DNA of 64,000 nucleotides, taken from assembly GCA_951406725.2 (NCBI GenBank), contig OX597825.1, forward strand, positions 27,838,001 to 27,902,000, given 5' to 3'. The notes under the pieces are model-generated. The model was not told the DNA's origin and searched no databases. It was given only the letters and a program-made list of their open reading frames with translations. The translations under genes were made by a program, and so were the position numbers. Positions 40,109 through 56,290 of this stretch are shown one piece after another. Each line of letters opens with the position of its first letter. Position 1 is the stretch's first letter. The stretch is from Octopus vulgaris. Lineage: Eukaryota.

Positions 40109-41098
40109 TTATAAAAATGTAACTGATTGTCATATTTTGGCTACTCCATATAATATTATGACTTCTGTTTATTTTTTTTTTCAGATGCTGCTCCAAATTC
40201 GATGACAATAAATCCTGCTGCTGCTGATACAACACAAGTCCATATACATCAAATACGACTGCTTCTGATGTTACTATTTCCATTAGTGAGATTGAACAAA
40301 CAAACCGAAATTGGATGTTGCTTTTTCTTACATAGAAACAAAAAAATGCATAGTAATATATTTATTAAATTTGAACGCCTCTGAGATTTGAAATTAGAAC
40401 CTAAAGGATTTCGAAATTAAATGTTCACCAGAAAAATAAAATAAAATATTATTTTTTTCATTTCTTGCTTTGTTTTACTTACTTTCATGTATGTCTCCTG
40501 TTTGATAATGGAAAAGTGCATTTTTGTGACGCGACTGTGTAGTGATAAGAATGTTTTGTTTCATATTTCTAATAAATATCGCAATTTTTCATGCGTGCAT
40601 TTATACAACTTTTATTATTTTGTTGACATTAAAAAGAGTATTGAATTATTGAATTTGCTAACTGAACAAGCTCTACATTCAGTAACTCGTACGATTCATT
40701 CTGATATAACCTACTCATACACATACACACACATGCAAACACACACATATACACATATATAGTTATATATATACATACGTGAAAATCTATATATACGTAT
40801 ATATAAACCAAATAACAATACAAGGGCGCATCTTTAATGATCGGTTACAGCTGTTTCTGTGCCAACTCTGCATTCATCCCCAGTTTATGTACGGGAAAGT
40901 TCATCTTGAAAATATACGTAATATTTGCGGTTTTAAACGTAAAATTGGCACGTCATTAGACCTGCATCATAGGTGAGCTGTTACATTGGGCATCTGCTAG
41001 ACTCTATATTTTGCGTATATCAGCAGGAAAGAAAGAGCAAATTAAAATATAGTTAGGGGATAAATAATCAATATGAACAGCATGCTAGGAAAATGTAA

Positions 41099-41101
41099 GA
41101 A

Positions 41102-41137
<36 letters not shown>

Positions 41138-41223
41138 GAAGAATGAAAGAATGAATGAATGAATGAAGGAAGGAAGGAAGGAAGGAAGGAAGGAAGGAAG
41201 GAAGGAAGGAAGGAAGGAAGGAA
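41099..41223. repeat. (GAAA)n/(GAAT)n/(GGAA)n purine repeats
   Basis: Seen directly. Confidence 0.9.
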
Positions 41224-41700
41224 ACAGATGGAAAAGAACATGGTGAAGACAAAGATGGGGATGTGGGACAGGAAGAAGAACGGAGAGAGAAGGATGAAAA
41301 AGAAAAAGAAAGCTAGCGGTATGGACCGGAGGGGTTAATGTGTAGAATGGCAAGGAAGTACATAGTTACTAGTATGAAACTTCAGTTAATGCGTGAAAAA
41401 CACTTTCCGTTTAACACTGGTAACAAAATTAAACAGGCAAAAGCGTAAGACGGGTGAAATTGAAGGCAATAACAAAAGCGATATTAATAAGAGAGGAGAG
41501 AGTGATTAGAAGAAAATTAAAATAACGATACAAACACTTACAAATATAAAGGTAAAATTCCTAAAAAAATCAGCATTGCTGGGTACTGTAAGAATTCTGT
41601 GCAAGGTGATCTGTGCAGCACGATCACTAAACAAGTGTCACCAAGTGGGCAGCTGATATTTTCCATCATAACCAGCAAAATAGGCTGTGAATTTTCACCA

Positions 41701-42066
<366 letters not shown>

Positions 42067-42227
42067 TTGCCAAGAATTCACAACGACGTCCAACCGATAT
42101 GTGTAAACAAGAGAGACAGAGACAAGCAGAAACAAGGAAAATGCCACTTGTATTTGAATACTATGCAAATATTTTTTTTATATACTTTTCATTTAATTTT
42201 CCAAAATTTAATTGTTTTCCATACTTA

Positions 42228-42262
42228 CAGTTGAAAAGTCTCAATGACGGAAACCGGTTCTG
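42228..42262 (+). ncRNA. Minimal hammerhead-like motif, U3:A8 core, in a solo PLE 3'-end fragment (~42160-42320) related to 1815-2042
   Basis: CAG-TTGAAAA-GTC(tcaat)GAC-g-GAAA-CCGG-TT-CTG, followed by taaaatta..ttagcattttcta..ttgac..ttttt as at 1957-2008, then (TA)n. Confidence 0.62.
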
Positions 42263-45200
42263 AAATATTTTAATAAAATTACTTTAGCATTTTCTACCTT
42301 GACATTTTTTCCATATATATATGTATATATATATATATGCTGAAGTAGCATCTAATAAACTGTTATGGGAATTTGTGCAGAATCTGAGTCAGCAGAATTG
42401 TAGTGAGCGTTAAACATAGTAGAGTGATTTCTGTAAGCCGATGGAATTTCAGCCGACTTTGCAAAAAAGGTCACAATAATTTTTGTACGAATCTAAATCT
42501 GGTTAGGATCCACCATTCCGTATAATTCTGTGTGAAAAAGAAAACAAATGTAGTTAGTGTGAAACTGTTTACGAATTAAATCATTGGACCCTGAAATATA
42601 TCTACAAAGATTTGATCAAACCGATTCAAGTGTGAACTGTTTGCCGTTGTTATTGATTTAAAAATGTTCATAAAATATTTTTCTTTATTTAAGAAATAGA
42701 AAATAAAGGAAGAGATTATTTTAATGGTTTTGTGAATGTTTAAATCCTTTTCTGTTTTAAATTGGAGAGAAATGGGAATTAAACCCACGCTTAGGCGTGT
42801 ATTTCATTGATTTTAACATCATTACGATTACACTCTAATCAGAAGATTATATTTGCTTGCTTGACATGTTACAAGTAACAGCTGACTTTCTTTCAAACCA
42901 TAACCCCACAGTTTTAATGAAAGAAGGAAAGAGAAAATAATAATTTTTTTGTGACGGCATAAGTCGGTATAATAATTATGGAATGCATTCAGACAGTTTT
43001 TCGCCATCTCTTGAGGTGGCGGCCAATGCCGCAACAGCAGTTTTGTTCGACGCTTTTTATTTTCATTTAAATTCCTAAATTTCATTTCTCACAATAATAA
43101 ATAATAATAATAATTGTTCACATTAATAAATTTTAGGAAAAACTGTTAGTATGTTAAAAAGTAAAGCCAGTCGCCACATCAAAATGGCTGATCTGTGTTA
43201 CCACTAGTTTAACTCCAGGCAGCTGCGTATCGGTGCGACGCTCCACCCTTTAATTATGTTAATAAATACGCGTATAAAACATAAATTAAAAAGTCATAAC
43301 CGAAAGATAGTTATAGATATTTTAGTTCGTCCTGCTTTTAAATTTCTCAAGAATTACTATTCTGCCAAAACATACGTTTGAATAATTCAAATCATTGCGT
43401 AATACACCATAGAGATTATGAATAATTATTTTCGGATAAAGTTTTGCAACTTACCTCTAAAAGATTGTTTTATGTGTAGATATATGGCGTCGTAAGCTAT
43501 TCAACCTAGACTTCAGGATCGTAAGCTTATTGTGGATATGAAACTAAAATTCATCAAAAATGTTTCTAATTGGAAAGTATAAAGACACTTATTGATTTCG
43601 CATAAAAATCAATCATCTGAATCAGCCGATATATATATCCAATAATATTACTCCCTAAAGACCTGCTTTGTATATGAATATAATACGAACAAATTTAGAA
43701 GAATAATGTCTACTAGAGTGTAAATTAGTGCTAATTTGTTATGAGGTAATTAATCCCTTGAAAATACACCAGACAGACTACACTGAATACTATTTTCCGC
43801 TATTGTCTTAAAATATATCAGGTAATTTCCTAAAGAAATTGTATGTAATAGACAAGTGAGAGCAGATGTATGAAAAAGGCTACACGTGTGTGTCTGTGTT
43901 GTTCTAGCGCTGCGTATATATTAATCGTCGCGCCTCAACGTCGTTGAATTAGCAGAATATGTACGACCATTTATAGATGTCTATTAGTTGTCAGCAAATA
44001 TAAGTTTTTAAAATATGAATATAATAGATAAGCGCGAATATGAATAATCTGTATACAATTTATGTACATTTGCATGTATTGAAATGAGAGTATATAATTG
44101 ATTCTGTCTGTGTTAAATATACGTTTCACTAAGCAATTTCTGTCACACTACTCAACAAACATTCTATACTTTGAAAATTAATACTTTATCGATTCATTTA
44201 AAAGTTGTTTGTGCATGTATATGTGTCTGCGACAATCATATTGACGAAGGAATGCATCTGTGTATGTACAAGAAACATGATGGGTTCAATATGAACGTGT
44301 TTCTTTGTGAAATAATGCTCGCTGCTTATACTCACAGCAGCAATTTATATTAATGGTAGTCAGCAACAATAATTATTCCTAATTTTGGCCAAATCCAAGC
44401 AAATTGAAGAGAATGCAGTAAGTCGATTACATCCTCTCCAAGATTTGACTTGTACCGTTTTTTATAACATCCACCCTGAAAGTGTAACAATTTGATGTCA
44501 GAAAGAATTGAACTCAGAATATAAAGATACGCAAGACAAGGTTGGAGTTGGCTAAGCGTTTTGGTCCTTCTCTGCTGGACACAAAGCCAACAAAAGATAT
44601 ATAGGGCGATACAGAGACAAAAGACAATGAGGATTAACACAAAGCACGTGGAAAGTATATAAAAGTAAAATTTACAATGGAAATATAGTAAAAGAAAAAA
44701 TGACTGTAGATTGTTGGTGCTCCCACCAACGGCTGCTTTCGAAGTAAGAGGATGAAAGAGAGTTTGCAAAGAAATAGAAGGAAGAGAGAAATTTCCCTTA
44801 AGGGTTGAGAACCGTCCAGGGCTTAATTTTCTTCCTTATTATTTTTTTTTTTGGCTCCATTATTATGCAATGTCTTTTTCTTATGAGGGAGGGAACATAT
44901 GAAATAATATTTCCATCTAATTCATTTTTCCTTGTTTTGACTTTCCTTTGGGTGTCTTTGTAGATGCCGACAAGCTATTTCGTTCCTGTTGAAGCTTATC
45001 GATACAATGTAACTTGGGATTCTGAAACTAGTCGGTTTATATTCATTTAAAACATTTAGGAATTATATACGATCAATTTTCTTTCTTTTTTTTCTTACTC
45101 CCTTAACAGTGGAATAAGGGAGTGAAGAGAAAGAGGCAGGGCAATAATAAAAAAAAATTTAATCATGTACTCCTAATAGAAGTTGAGAATCACTCAGGAG

Positions 45201-45574
45201 AGACCACATATCGGCAAGATTCTCACTCATCCCGCTTACCAGGTTTTCTGCGGCAAATGTGCCTTTCTTGATTTTACTACAGACGAATTAAAAGTAGAGG
45301 AAAAACAACAAACGTTTGAGAAAAAAATTAAGTATGTCCAAAAAGATACAACGACCATAATTACAGCAAAAAAAAAGCAAAAAAAAAACATTCGGGCAGA
45401 GAAAACAAAAGTTTTAGTGTATCGTATTTAATCGTATTTTAAACGGAAAATTTATTTTCTGACTCATTTGAAGTCAGAAATTCGAGGGCTGCTGCATATA
45501 CCGCAAAACAGTCTTACCCATGCTCTCATAAATTTGCCAATTCAACGACATCAATAATAATAATAATGCTATTT

Positions 45575-46013
45575 ATTACAGGCACAAGGCCTGAAATTAT
45601 TGGGGAAGAGGAAAGTCGATTATGTTGACCGCAAGTGCTCAACTTGTACATGTCTTATCGACCCCGAAATGATATTAAAAAAAACAGTCGTTGACGCAAT
45701 TTGAACTCAGATCGATAAGCCAATAGAGATATTGTTAAGCATTTTGTCCGATGTGCTAACGATTCTTCCAGCTTGCTGGCTTGTAGTGATAGTAATTTTT
45801 TCAACTGTCAGACTTTGTGGGGCGAGTTTGTCGATTGCAACAACCTTAGTACTTCACTAGTTTTTATATTGTCGACCCCGAAAACATAATAGTTAAAATC
45901 CCCTTGGACAGAATCTAGACTCAGAACGTAAACCGGAAGAAACGCTGCAAAGAATTTTGTCCGACGTCCTACATTTTCGGTGAGCTCGATAAATAATAAT
46001 AACAGCAACAACA

Positions 46014-46083
<70 letters not shown>

Positions 46084-46270
46084 GACCAGTTATTTGGAGA
46101 AGGGGCCAAGTCGATTACATTGATCTAAGTAATCAACTGGTACATATTTTATTGACCATGAAGTGACGAAAGATAAAGTCAACTTCGGTGGAATTTGAAC
46201 TCAGACCATAAGGGCGGACACAATGCTGCTAAGCATTTTTCCCGGCGTTCGAACGATTCCGCAAACTCGA
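45575..46270 (-). mobile_element. Cluster of about three degenerate SINE family B copies separated by (TAA)n
   Basis: Repeated tcgacccc/gaccatgaa...tttgaactcag...gctaagcatttt motifs at ~45580-45780, 45810-45990 and 46085-46270. Confidence 0.65.
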
Positions 46271-47029
46271 AAATACTGATGATGATAATAGAAATAATTG
46301 CCTTTAACATAAGCACAATGTCAGAAATTCGCAAGGAGTTTATAGTCGATTATATCAACCTGAATACTTATTTGGTATTTTATTTCATCGACAATGTAAA
46401 GATATATTAATGCGTCATATTTTTTTCTTCATAAATCATATATTTATCGCACACTTTCACTGCACGACCGAGTACAGATCTGTGCTGCTTCTTGGAAACG
46501 TGCATTCTTGCTAACCTTGAACACATCAAGAATTTTCTCCATGGTGTACATAGTTCTTTTACCCAGAAAGGAATCTATTGATGTATTTCGGAACAACACA
46601 GAAAATAAAAGCTAATAATAAGAGTTACCAAGGAAAATGGGCATACTTTTGCTCTACGCATATTGGAATATCAAACCAAAGCGAATATGAAAATATGAAA
46701 AATATCCCAAACGGAAAAAGGAAATAAAAAGAAGGATCACTCAGTCATTTACGAAATCAATAACGGAAAAATAAAGCACATTTGGAAATACAGAAGTACA
46801 GACAATGCTAAAGAAATATAAAGTATCTAAGCTACATGAAGCGTTTTCTTTTTCCTGATGCTGCTTATGCAATTCTCAAATCAGATAATGTAACGCTTGA
46901 TGGTTTTCAGATAAGTTTTTTTTTTCATTTCTTATTCCTACAACGTATTCCTAAAGTGTGCAATTCTTATGTTATATTTAGCATCAATTTCAAATACATC
47001 CATACATAATATTTCTATACTTGTAGTAT

Positions 47030-47180
47030 AGGCACAGGTATAGCCGTGTGGTTAAGAAATATACATCAGAACCGCATGATTGCTGGTTCTGTTCCGTTGT
47101 GCGGCCCTTCGGGAAATTGCCTTCTGCTATAGCCCCATGCAGATCTATGTCTTGGGAGTGAACTCGGAAGGCCACCGTAT
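47030..47180 (+). mobile_element. Degenerate SINE family A head
   Basis: ggcacaggtatagccgtgtggttaagaa...ggttctgttcc...cttctgctatagcccc. Confidence 0.55.
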
Positions 47181-47187
47181 CTAACTA

Positions 47188-47301
<114 letters not shown>

Positions 47302-49506
47302 CAAAGAAAAGAAAAAAGAGAAAGGGTGAAAAGCAGAAGATAGACAGGCAGGCAGACAAACAAGCAGGTGTAATTGTATCTAAGTTTGTGAGTGTGAGAG
47401 AGAGTGTCTGAGTTTATCCCGCCACACCCACCACTACTAATTCGCAACTGTTTTTTGTACCTCCACATAGGTTAGTGATTCGGGAAAATGAAGCGATCGA
47501 CAAAGCAGCAACGTTTTAAAAAAATATTTTCCGTGGACTGTTTGATAATTAAAATCTTCAAGGTGCAGCCTCCTTATATAGGCAAGGCAAAGACTAAAAA
47601 CATAATTCATTAACATTCAACGGACTACCCGATCGAGGTTGTAAGGGATGCTTTTCAAAAACAAGATGTGTAGTTTTTTCTGTTTTTTTATTTTATTTCC
47701 CGTTTTTTTTTTTCATTTCACTAACTGTGTATAAAATTAAAATATAAAACAGTTGCATAATAAAGGAGATGATATATTATTTACAAAGAAGATAATAAAA
47801 GCTCTTAGGAATGGAAATAAATAGTTCTTTATTGAGAATGCATTATTCAAGCTAGTTATTCTATCGAGAAGGATTATAGTAAAAAAAAATGTAATCCTTC
47901 TCATGACGGCCAGTAAGAGTGGCACTTTATATAAAAAAATTGCAGGGTTTTTATCACAAATAGCATCTTAACATAATCTTTGCATCGTTTTAGAAAGTGT
48001 AAAGTGAAGGCCGATAGCAGTAATTCCAGCTCATCAGAACCTTTCAGCGAGGGTGGGTTAGGTTAAAACTTATAATTGAGAGTAAAATTTCGAATTTCAA
48101 TGAGCATGAGATTTCCCCTTTTTTTATAAGGACGTCACAGGTCGACGAAATGCAAGGTCGGTTCCACAAGTGTCTGTAATGTGGTTAACAATTGGTTTAT
48201 CTTCAATTTTGTGGCGGGGTCACGGCAATCATTGAATGTTGATGTTTGATACGACATGTGATCAGATGTGTATCAATCACTTTGGTGCAACGTTGTTCAT
48301 TTTGTTGTTAAAAACCTCAAATGATGACTCTTCTTGTTCTTTGTTTTGAAAGTATCCAAAATTCACGCACCATGTGGCGTAGTTCTCCTTCACTAAATTA
48401 TCCGAATCACTAGAAATGTTTATGTACACCATAACTATATTGGATTCATTCGACATTTTATTCTTACAGGAAATTACTCGAACTGCGAGAAAGAGCCGGT
48501 ATATCCCTTAAATGACATCTTGTGTTGCAAAATATTTACCACTATATAAAATGGAATAGTATGTATAGTAGAAGTAGAAAATATCTACAAGCAAAAACAA
48601 ACACGATCATCTCCAAATGAATTCCGACATATGGCAGCTATATCAGACTTAGACAGCAGCAAAATAACAATCTCCAGTAGTTATTGTGAAATTACATTGA
48701 AATTATGCAATTCAAATAATTAATTCATTGAAATTTCTATAATGTTTCATATTGTGCGTTCCAGGATGATTTTCAAGTAAGGTTGTTATTATTCAGGCTA
48801 ACAGTCGGCAGAATTGTTAGGGTCTCTGATAACTGTGTGGTGACGTTTCATCTCTTGAAATTTTGAGCCAAACTACCACCCAAGTTAACATGGCCTTTCA
48901 TCATTCCAGCATCACTAAGGAGAATGCGCTACTTTTATACAAGGTTTGCCACCATGGACTAAGCTTCTACTGCTAAGATGACTGACCTTCAACTGAAATT
49001 TAATTATTTTCTGCTTTCTAGTTTCCTGGAACTTCGCTGTGCAATTTTTAAAAAATCAAAACAAAATGAAAAGTAAGGATAACTCAGCAGAGTTTAAATG
49101 AACACATATGTAAAGAAATAAATTTTATAAGAAAAATAGAGACCACTCCCAAGTGAACACAATTAATGGCACGCCACGCATCTATACAACCTCAACTGAA
49201 GCTGTATCATATTGTTGGTATATCGAAAACCATAGGACGTTCATAATTTATCGCTACAGCCTCAGTTGGGGTTGTCTGGATGCGCGGCGTGAAACCATGT
49301 TGTTCTGAGATAATTCAATGTTATTTTTAATGTATTATTGGACCCGCTATTCATAATTATAAAAATGAATGTGTGCGTGTGTCTGTTTTTTTTTGTGTGT
49401 GTGTGTATGTGCATTTGTGTGTATGCATGCATGTGTGTATGATTGTGAGCGTGTATGCACATAAACGTATGTATGTATTTTTACATATACATATAAACAC
49501 ATATAC

Positions 49507-49565
<59 letters not shown>

Positions 49566-49571
49566 GCGCAC

Positions 49572-49607
<36 letters not shown>

Positions 49608-49609
<2 letters not shown>

Positions 49610-50240
49610 CGGGAAGCTTTATGAAAATAAACAAAAGACGAAGGCAGGTGGAAAACAAACGAACAATTGTATTAGTATGGCGCTCAGGAAATATAAATAA
49701 AACAAGTCTTTAACGTTTCGAGCCTACGCTCTTCAACAGAAAGATACACAGAGAGAGAAAAACACAGAAAGAAGGAGAGAAAAAAATGCGTGCAGTAGCT
49801 AACGAATCAACATGGCGATCTGATTTCGGCCAGAGGTCAAAGATCAAACATGAGACGCGAGAGCGAAATAAGGGGAGATAATAGGGTTGAGGGACCAGCT
49901 AAAAGTGCGTGGGAGGGGTCTGGATGTGTATGTATAGGGTTGGTGTATGTATTAGTATGTATAAGGGTGTGTGTGTGTGTGTGTGTGTGTATGAGAGAGT
50001 ATCAGTGCGTGGGATTGGTCTGGACGTGCGTATGTATGGGGTTGGTGTATGTATTAGTATGTATTAGTATGTATTAGTACGTATTGGTATGTATAGGTGT
50101 GTGTGTGTGTGTGTGAGAGAGTATAAGTGCGTATGCGGGGTCTGGACGTGTGTATGTATAGGGTTGGTGTAAGTATTAGTATGTACTAGTATGTATTAGT
50201 ACGTATTAGTATGTATTAGTTGGTGTGTGTATTAGTATGG
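49608..50240 (-). mobile_element. 5'-truncated PLE 3' end (3' UTR with CA-rich tandem units, hammerhead-like motif, terminus abutting (TA)n)
   Basis: Hammerhead-like motif ~100 bp from the (TA)n junction. Three ~100-120-bp units start gtctgga(t/c)gtg, with gtattagtat decamers. Confidence 0.6.
49707..49744 (-). ncRNA. Minimal hammerhead-like motif, A6U core (CUGUUGA)
   Basis: Minus strand TCTTT-CTGTTGA-a-GAGC(gtag)GCTC-GAAA-CG-TT-AAAGA: 5-bp stem I, 4-bp stem II, palindromic AACGTT. Confidence 0.62.
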
Positions 50241-50433
50241 CACATCATACTTCTATATAACTATGTATATATATGTGCGTGCGTGTGCGAGTTCATAAGT
50301 TCAAAAGCATCAGTAATATCGTTGATTGTTCTTCCATGACCCTCATGCCCAAACTGAGATTAATTTTCTCTACATTTCCGTTCTTCAACAGAAAGGAACA
50401 CGAAGAAATAAACAGAGCGAGAATAAAAAGAGA

Positions 50434-51410
<977 letters not shown>

Positions 51411-51445
51411 TATACATACACACACATACACACACACACACACAC

Positions 51446-51514
<69 letters not shown>

Positions 51515-51525
51515 TATAGATATAT

Positions 51526-51556
<31 letters not shown>

Positions 51557-51884
51557 GACAGAGAGAGATATAACCACAGCGTTGCTCAAATGCTATGACT
51601 TACTGTCACATTGTATTATATATACATCTGTGTAGACATACACACATACACATGCAATAAAATATCATAACGATAAATTAATAATATTATGTATCAAATA
51701 ATTATAATATAAGTGTCTAAAGTAATTAAAAACCAAGCAATTAAAATATATAAATAAGGGTGCAAAATGGCACCTACAATTGGTAGAAATAAGATCTAAA
51801 ATATATAACTGGAATAGCCTCACAAAATTACAAACCTTATGAGATGTTCACAGGGATTATGTGCGGCAAGCCACAATATCGTTC

Positions 51885-51982
51885 CCTAGCGGGATAAAAC
51901 TCGTAGAATGAAGTAAGTTGAGAAGACACTATCACATGCTTTCGAAATGTAACCAACAATGTTTGGTTTCACTTCAAGGAAA

Positions 51983-52039
<57 letters not shown>

Positions 52040-52695
52040 CTCAATTTTCAAGTTCAAACGGAACGTACGCACCATACACAATGCAATCCAGAGGTGCCCG
52101 GTTCGTTGGTAACAATAACGCCACGACTAACTGATATTGCAATACATGTCTCTGATAAGGAAAAATTGATCTGAAGTTGTATCAAGCAGTGAACACGGCG
52201 TGCATCCCGACTAATGAAGTGACACGCACCTTGGGCGCACTCATGTGTGTATGTAACCTTAATTCGCCTTCGCATAAATGCGTGGTGTTGTTGTTGAAGT
52301 TATCAAGTTAGATATATGTTTTCCATTACACCAGCGTTAGATTGCACACTCAACCACTGTAAAAATCAGCAAGATTGTAGCAAAATCCTTAGGGACTTTG
52401 TGGCTTATAGAATGAATAATAGGCATGAATATATACTAATAACGTTAATCAATTTGCATAAATTGGGTTGAATAAAGGAAAAAATAATGCTAAAGGCAAA
52501 ATGCTCGAATAGGCCTAGTCATTGCTTATCCGTAGCGAGATAAAACTCGCAGAATGAAGTAATTTCAGAAGACACTATCACATGCTTTCGAAATTTAATC
52601 AACAAGGTTTGGTTTTTCTTCAGGGAAAGTATATATTTATGTACTCAGTTTTTAAGTTCAAACGGAACGTATGTACCACACACAATGCAATCCAG
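51885..52695. repeat. Diverged ~170-bp direct repeat pair (~51885-52092 and ~52533-52695)
   Basis: gataaaactcg(t/c)agaatgaagtaa...agaagacactatcacatgctttcgaaat...aagttcaaacggaacgta...cacaatgcaatccag occurs twice. The first copy has an expanded (TA)n. Confidence 0.85.
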
Positions 52696-53392
52696 TGTGA
52701 TGTTTTTACCATATTTGAACGAATATAATCTCTTACTGTGAGTAATCGTTGCAGGAATAATATTTAATTTAGACCTGAGATCGCTACGTTCGCATTCCGG
52801 AGGTCATTTCTACCAAGAAAAATCTACATGGACAGATTGTTTTCGGTAGTAATGCCAGCACACGGTTCATTAATCAATTTTCTGTTGAAAAGTAGGGTTG
52901 TGTGCAAAGAAATTGGATCACAATACCCCATAGGCATTGTTTAATCTTGCAATACTGAAGACTTTCACATTAGCAGTTCAGTTGTGGCACAGGCCATTAT
53001 GGACAGAAAATGTGCCAATAATTGTTCCAAAATAGAAAGTTGTCTTGGCCATTTTCTGTTGAGAAATAAGGCCTTGTGCATCACAAAGCACTCATTACAC
53101 TCCTTGCATCTTGTTGCATTTTTCGACACCAAAAACTTGGCAATGTAGATTAGAAGCAAATCCAAACATTGCCCGAAAATGTCCTCAAAATCATGCTACC
53201 CGACCTTGTTTCCGAGGTAATTTTTGTAGTAAAAGAAGAGTTGTGCACAAAACATACCTGATTTGGTAGCCCAAAGTTTACTCAATCTTTTGATACCTTA
53301 TACGTCAAAATCGGCATCTTAGTTTTCGAATCCATAACGAAGATACATAGCACACACAGACACACACAAAATGTGCATATATATCTATCTAT

Positions 53393-53470
<78 letters not shown>

Positions 53471-53985
53471 AACGCACACACACGCGCGCACACGCACACA
53501 AACAAACATGCAGACGTATTTTCGGTTACTCTCAAACAAAACAAGCAACAATAAAGATGTGATTTTATCTGGACGGTAAAATGAATGATAGTAAAGCCAT
53601 TTTGGCCTGCATATTTGTCGTGTTTTTATATGTGCGAATGTACTTTATATGTTTATACTGTCATATTTGATAATAATCACTTATATCTATGCATGCATAT
53701 TATCTTTCTTTACATGAGGACTATCAAACTCTGATGTGGGAGAAATATGCATATAGATAAGAGTTTGCCAACACGTAAACCGACATTCACGCCCAGACAC
53801 AAAATACACACAAACAGACAATTCACGCAATTTCGCAGCACACGGGTATACGTATAAATACATTTGTACTTTTATATGCTTTATTGTGTTTGCGTTTATA
53901 GGCGCGAATGTTTGTGGGCGTGTGTACTGAAGCGAAGTTAAAGCATTCTCCGTTTACATATTGATAGAAAAGATAGAATGGATAG

Positions 53986-54061
<76 letters not shown>

Positions 54062-54943
54062 TTATGTATGTATGTATAAATATATGATGGTATATGTATA
54101 TATATATGCACATAAATACGTACATACAATACATAAGCATACATATACACGTACATAAGCGCGCACGTGCAGTAAAACACGCACACACACATAGCCATGA
54201 ACACACAGAAATATATATATGTATATATTTTGATGTGTATATATATTGATATGCATTGATGTACGTTAATGTGCGTAAGTATACGTATGTATGTAGATAT
54301 ATGTAGGCATTTGTGTGCAAAAGAATACATTAATATCAACATAAATCTGGAAAATGTGTAATCCATTGACTTAGTGAAAACATTTGCACCGATAAAAGAT
54401 TGTTTGAAATTGCACGGTGGGCAAGTTCTGTTGGCGATGCTGCAGTAATAGTATTATGGGATTTACTCAATTCTTCATTCCATATATAGGTGTAGGGAGT
54501 CATTCATGTAGAGATGTAAATTTGCACTGAGGCGTAAAAAACACAAGTTCATTTAGCTTAAACACTGTACTAAAATAACAAGTTTATGCCTTCAATTCAG
54601 TCGGACTTTTTCTTATGATGGAGATATTTACTTAATTTTATAGATTTCGTTCTATCCGAGTCTCTTTTTCTTTCGCTCACTCGCAATATTTTATGCGTGC
54701 GTGCCTGTGTGTGTATATATATGTGTGTGTATGTGTGCGTGTGTCTGTGTGTGTGCTTGTGAGTAAGTGTGTGTGTATGTGTGTGTGCTTGTTGAGTGTA
54801 TACATACTTGTATATATATATATATACAAATATAGAAAGATAGACCACAATGTAGACTGTGTGGGAATAAATGTGTAGTTGTGTGTTTGTTTGATTCTCT
54901 GTGTGTGTATAATTATACAAATACAAGAATATATACGGGTCCA

Positions 54944-55213
<270 letters not shown>

Positions 55214-55429
55214 ATACGCACATATTATACACATATGCATCAACTCCATCGTAATCATCATTATATTCGCGGTATTTATCATTTTACTTCTAACTGCTCT
55301 CGGTCTTACTGGCTCTGGTTGATTCTGTGAGAGCGGACAGCAACCAGTTGTCAGAGTTCTTAAACAGTCTCTTTCTAGTAGTAGTAGCAGTAGTAGTAGT
55401 AGTAGTAGTAGTAGTTAAACTATAATTAA

Positions 55430-56290
55430 TATTGTGGTTCAGGAGAAACGAAATCAAACAACACGAGAAATAGGAAAAGTATTCAATTCAAGTCTTACTT
55501 CCCAAAGAAAACGCCTTTATTAACCAAGGAAAGAGTCTCCATTTCGTCAGTGACTCCCTCGCATCCTGACTTCTTCTTCTCAGCTCCATGTGTGATAGCC
55601 TCCATGCTTCATTGACGTGAAAACTTACTACTGAACCATTCCTTAATAGAAGCAACACAACTAATGAAATGTGGCTTCTCTAAAATAATATGCAACGAAA
55701 TCGACAATAGTTAAGCAGCCCCTAAAAGCAGAATCCACCCAGAATCCAAGATTGCACACGATTAAACTATGCTCCATGTTTTGGAGGGATTCTGAAGCTG
55801 TCATTAATCAAGAAGCATTAAGCCAAAGCGGAAGAGTTAATGCGAAGAATTATTGTCGTCATTTTGAAGCACGGAACTAAAACCTGCAGAAAATGCTCTC
55901 ATAATTGATCATTTGTAAAGAGCATTGCTCTGCCGAGGTAATGCAAAGCCATATAATATCCAAGCCACTCGGGAAAATATTATTATGCCAATAAATTTGC
56001 TACGTCCACCTTAGTCTACTGACCTTGCTCCATTTATCATATTTTCAGATCATTGCAACATCATTTACAAGGAAATCAGTTTATTAATTTTAACGAGGTT
56101 AAAAATGATAATGCTTCGAAACGTGAAAAAAATTACACTTGGGGGATCAACAATTTGTCAAATAGATAGGATTATGTTATGGAAAATTAGGCGAAATATT
56201 CTGTTGATCAAATATATCGATCAAGAGCAAATAATAATTTTTTTTATCCCATCATAAGATGTGCAAGCACTTTCTTTCCAGTCTAATACA
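55430..56290 (+). pseudogene. Decayed mariner (DD34D-like) transposase
   Basis: Broken translations EPFLNRSNTTNEMWLL (cf. FL.RI.TGDEKW), RPP*STDLAP..YHIFRSLQHHLQGNQF (cf. HPPYSPDLAPSDYHLFRSL) and GINNLSNR*. Confidence 0.75.
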
